Source: Pseudomonadota bacterium
GTDB lineage: Bacteria > Pseudomonadota > Alphaproteobacteria > Rhizobiales > CBDHHC01
Assembly (NCBI GenBank): GCA_039033475.1
Contig: JBCCCO010000001.1
Span: forward strand, 23,874-87,873
Direction: 5' to 3'
DNA: 64,000 bases
The notes under the pieces are model-generated. The model was not told where the DNA came from and searched no databases. It saw nothing but the letters and a program-made list of their open reading frames with translations. Below, piece by piece: positions 62,422 through 64,000 of the stretch. A program made the translations under genes and the position numbers. Each line of letters opens with the position of its first letter. The stretch's first letter is position 1.

Positions 62422-62507
62422 GGTTCAGGGCCTATAAATAGCATCTATTCCGCGAGAGAGAACTTGCTTCCTGAACAGAATTGTATGTTATTTATAAGTC
62501 CTGAGCC
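62422..62507. repeat. 86-bp palindromic (MITE-like) element with GGYTCAGGRCYTATAAATA terminal inverted repeats
   Basis: The sequence ggttcagggcctataaata (62422-62440) is the imperfect reverse complement (16/19) of tatttataagtcctgagcc (62488-62507). It lies between tolC and the ABC gene. Confidence 0.6.
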
Positions 62508-62610
62508 CAATAACAAGCAGCTAGAGCAATCGTAACTCATGCTTATGGCGCATATACGGCAGTATCAAGATATTTCAGAGTTAACGGCTTTTTTAGATTT
62601 TGTTCGCGGC

Positions 62611-64000
62611 TTACTTAATGGCAGAAGATTGCGTATTTTTCAGATAACTTTGACCTAAATAGTCTTCATCACCTGTTTTAGGCGTATCCGAACCCCACAA
62701 CTTATTCCGGACTTTCTGATAGTAAGCTTTGGGATCATAACGCTGTACAGATGGATCAATACGATCAACTGTAAGAATTCCCATTGCGTTTAGCAATTCA
62801 TAGGCGCTCACATGTAAATCACGCTTTGTACCAAGAAGACGAATACGAGATTCGACAAGCTCTTTATCTGCATCCAGCAGGTCCATCACCGTGCGCTGCC
62901 CGATGCGCAACTCTTCTCGAATGCCTTCTAATGCTTTTTCACTTGCAATAACTGCCTCTTGATCAGATAGGCGACGTTGGCGAGCAGCCTTTAATTGCGC
63001 CCAAACGCTACCGACAGCTTCTGCCATTCTCACCTCGGTGTCGCGTTTACTACGCTCTAAACTTTCTGCAATATGGCTGGCCTCACGCACACGGGCAGAC
63101 ACTTCACCACCTTGATAAAGTGGGATATTGATTTGAGCGCGAACAAAAAAATTATCTTCTTCACCATTGTTTGAAATCACATCATTAAATGAAACATCGT
63201 CCTCTGAAGAGTAACCCGCAGACAAATCAGCTTTTGGTAAGAAATCAGCGCGCTGTTTTTCAACAGCATGCAATGCCGCCTCACTTCTATGATGAGCTGC
63301 CGCAACTTCAGGGTTAGCTTCATTCGCCAATTTCACAGCCTCCGTCAACGTCTTTGGCATTAAAATCTCTGGGAATTTAGGCATCTTGAGATGTTCGGGA
63401 GGTTTGCGCGTTACACGAGCATATCGCAATTGACTGGTTTGCAATTGAGCTTCTGCGGCTTTTAGAGCAGAGCGTGAGGCTGCAAGACGTATCTTAACTT
63501 GCTCCACATCTGTTACTGTGCCTTGACCGCGGTCATATCGATCACGCGTTCCAATTAATTCACGCCTCAAAGAGGTCACATTGCGTTTGCGTAACAGCAA
63601 AATACCTTCATCACGCAAAACTTCTAAATACGCGCGTGCTGTTTCAAATAAAATACTATTTTCCCGCGCCAATAGATCGTTACGCGCAACATGAACATTG
63701 GATTCTGCCTCATCAACAGAGGATTGTGTTTTAAACCCGTCAAAAAGAGGTTGATCAAGACGCACGCCATAACCAACGCTACCATTGTCAAAACCATCAA
63801 GTCCGCCTCCCCCTTCTGAAGAAACGCGGTAATTGCCAAATGCCGTGACTTTAGGACGATATCCAGACAGGGCTCTGGCCACACCCTCATCAGAGGCGCG
63901 GGCTTTAAAACGCTCAGCTTGCAATAACAAGTTTCGCTTGTAAGCCGCAACCATCGCATCATTAAGGCTTTCCGCGTGGGTTTGGGAAACGGACAGCACA
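62611..64000 (-). CDS. tolC: TolC-family type I secretion outer membrane protein (5' end beyond the window)
   Basis: The pattern LNDAMVAAYKRNLLLQAERFKARASDEGVARALSGYRPKV and the duplicated coiled/beta repeat structure are typical of alphaproteobacterial TolC. The ORF runs off the window edge. Confidence 0.85.
   Translation of the reverse strand, partial: VLSVSQTHAESLNDAMVAAYKRNLLLQAERFKARASDEGVARALSGYRPKVTAFGNYRVSSEGGGGLDGFDNGSVGYGVRLDQPLFDGFKTQSSVDEAESNVHVARNDLLARENSILFETARAYLEVLRDEGILLLRKRNVTSLRRELIGTRDRYDRGQGTVTDVEQVKIRLAASRSALKAAEAQLQTSQLRYARVTRKPPEHLKMPKFPEILMPKTLTEAVKLANEANPEVAAAHHRSEAALHAVEKQRADFLPKADLSAGYSSEDDVSFNDVISNNGEEDNFFVRAQINIPLYQGGEVSARVREASHIAESLERSKRDTEVRMAEAVGSVWAQLKAARQRRLSDQEAVIASEKALEGIREELRIGQRTVMDLLDADKELVESRIRLLGTKRDLHVSAYELLNAMGILTVDRIDPSVQRYDPKAYYQKVRNKLWGSDTPKTGDEDYLGQSYLKNTQSSAIK

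Overview
This window looks like a chromosomal segment from a fairly AT-rich alphaproteobacterium. That call rests on gene content and order only; no species can be assigned from the sequence. Most of it is conserved housekeeping backbone in classic alphaproteobacterial synteny: queE-queC, then eno-ftsB-pdhA-pdhB-pdhC-lpdA-lipA-ratA. These are followed by ispDF, dusB-ntrB-ntrC-ntrY-ntrX-trkA, queA-tgt, parE, recG/sdhE-mfd-mazG, hisC-tyrC and metX-metW. pdhB carries the N-terminal lipoyl domain typical of the class. I found no rRNA, tRNA or CRISPR array. The regions worth a second look are as follows. (1) At 57.8-64.0 kb there is a type I secretion locus reading tolC, ABC exporter, HlyD adaptor and a small RTX-like protein. 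The ABC exporter has a roughly 280-320 aa N-terminal extension with five predicted TM helices and a Q/N/H/P-rich linker, and the adaptor has a roughly 115 aa P/M/Q/H-rich N-terminus. (2) At 29.9-35.0 kb a minus-strand cluster encodes two paralogous exported vWA (MIDAS) proteins, with 5 and 3 copies of a ~75-85 aa module, plus an exported coiled-coil protein. (3) At 54.7-57.8 kb there is a decay zone with an IS481-like transposase remnant, an orphan efflux adaptor and a queF pseudogene, while queC/queE/queA/tgt are intact elsewhere in the window. (4) At least three families of short dispersed intergenic repeats are present. (5) A probable SAM-II riboswitch with an intrinsic terminator lies upstream of metX. 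Protein calls come from motif recognition in the supplied translations. No database search was run.
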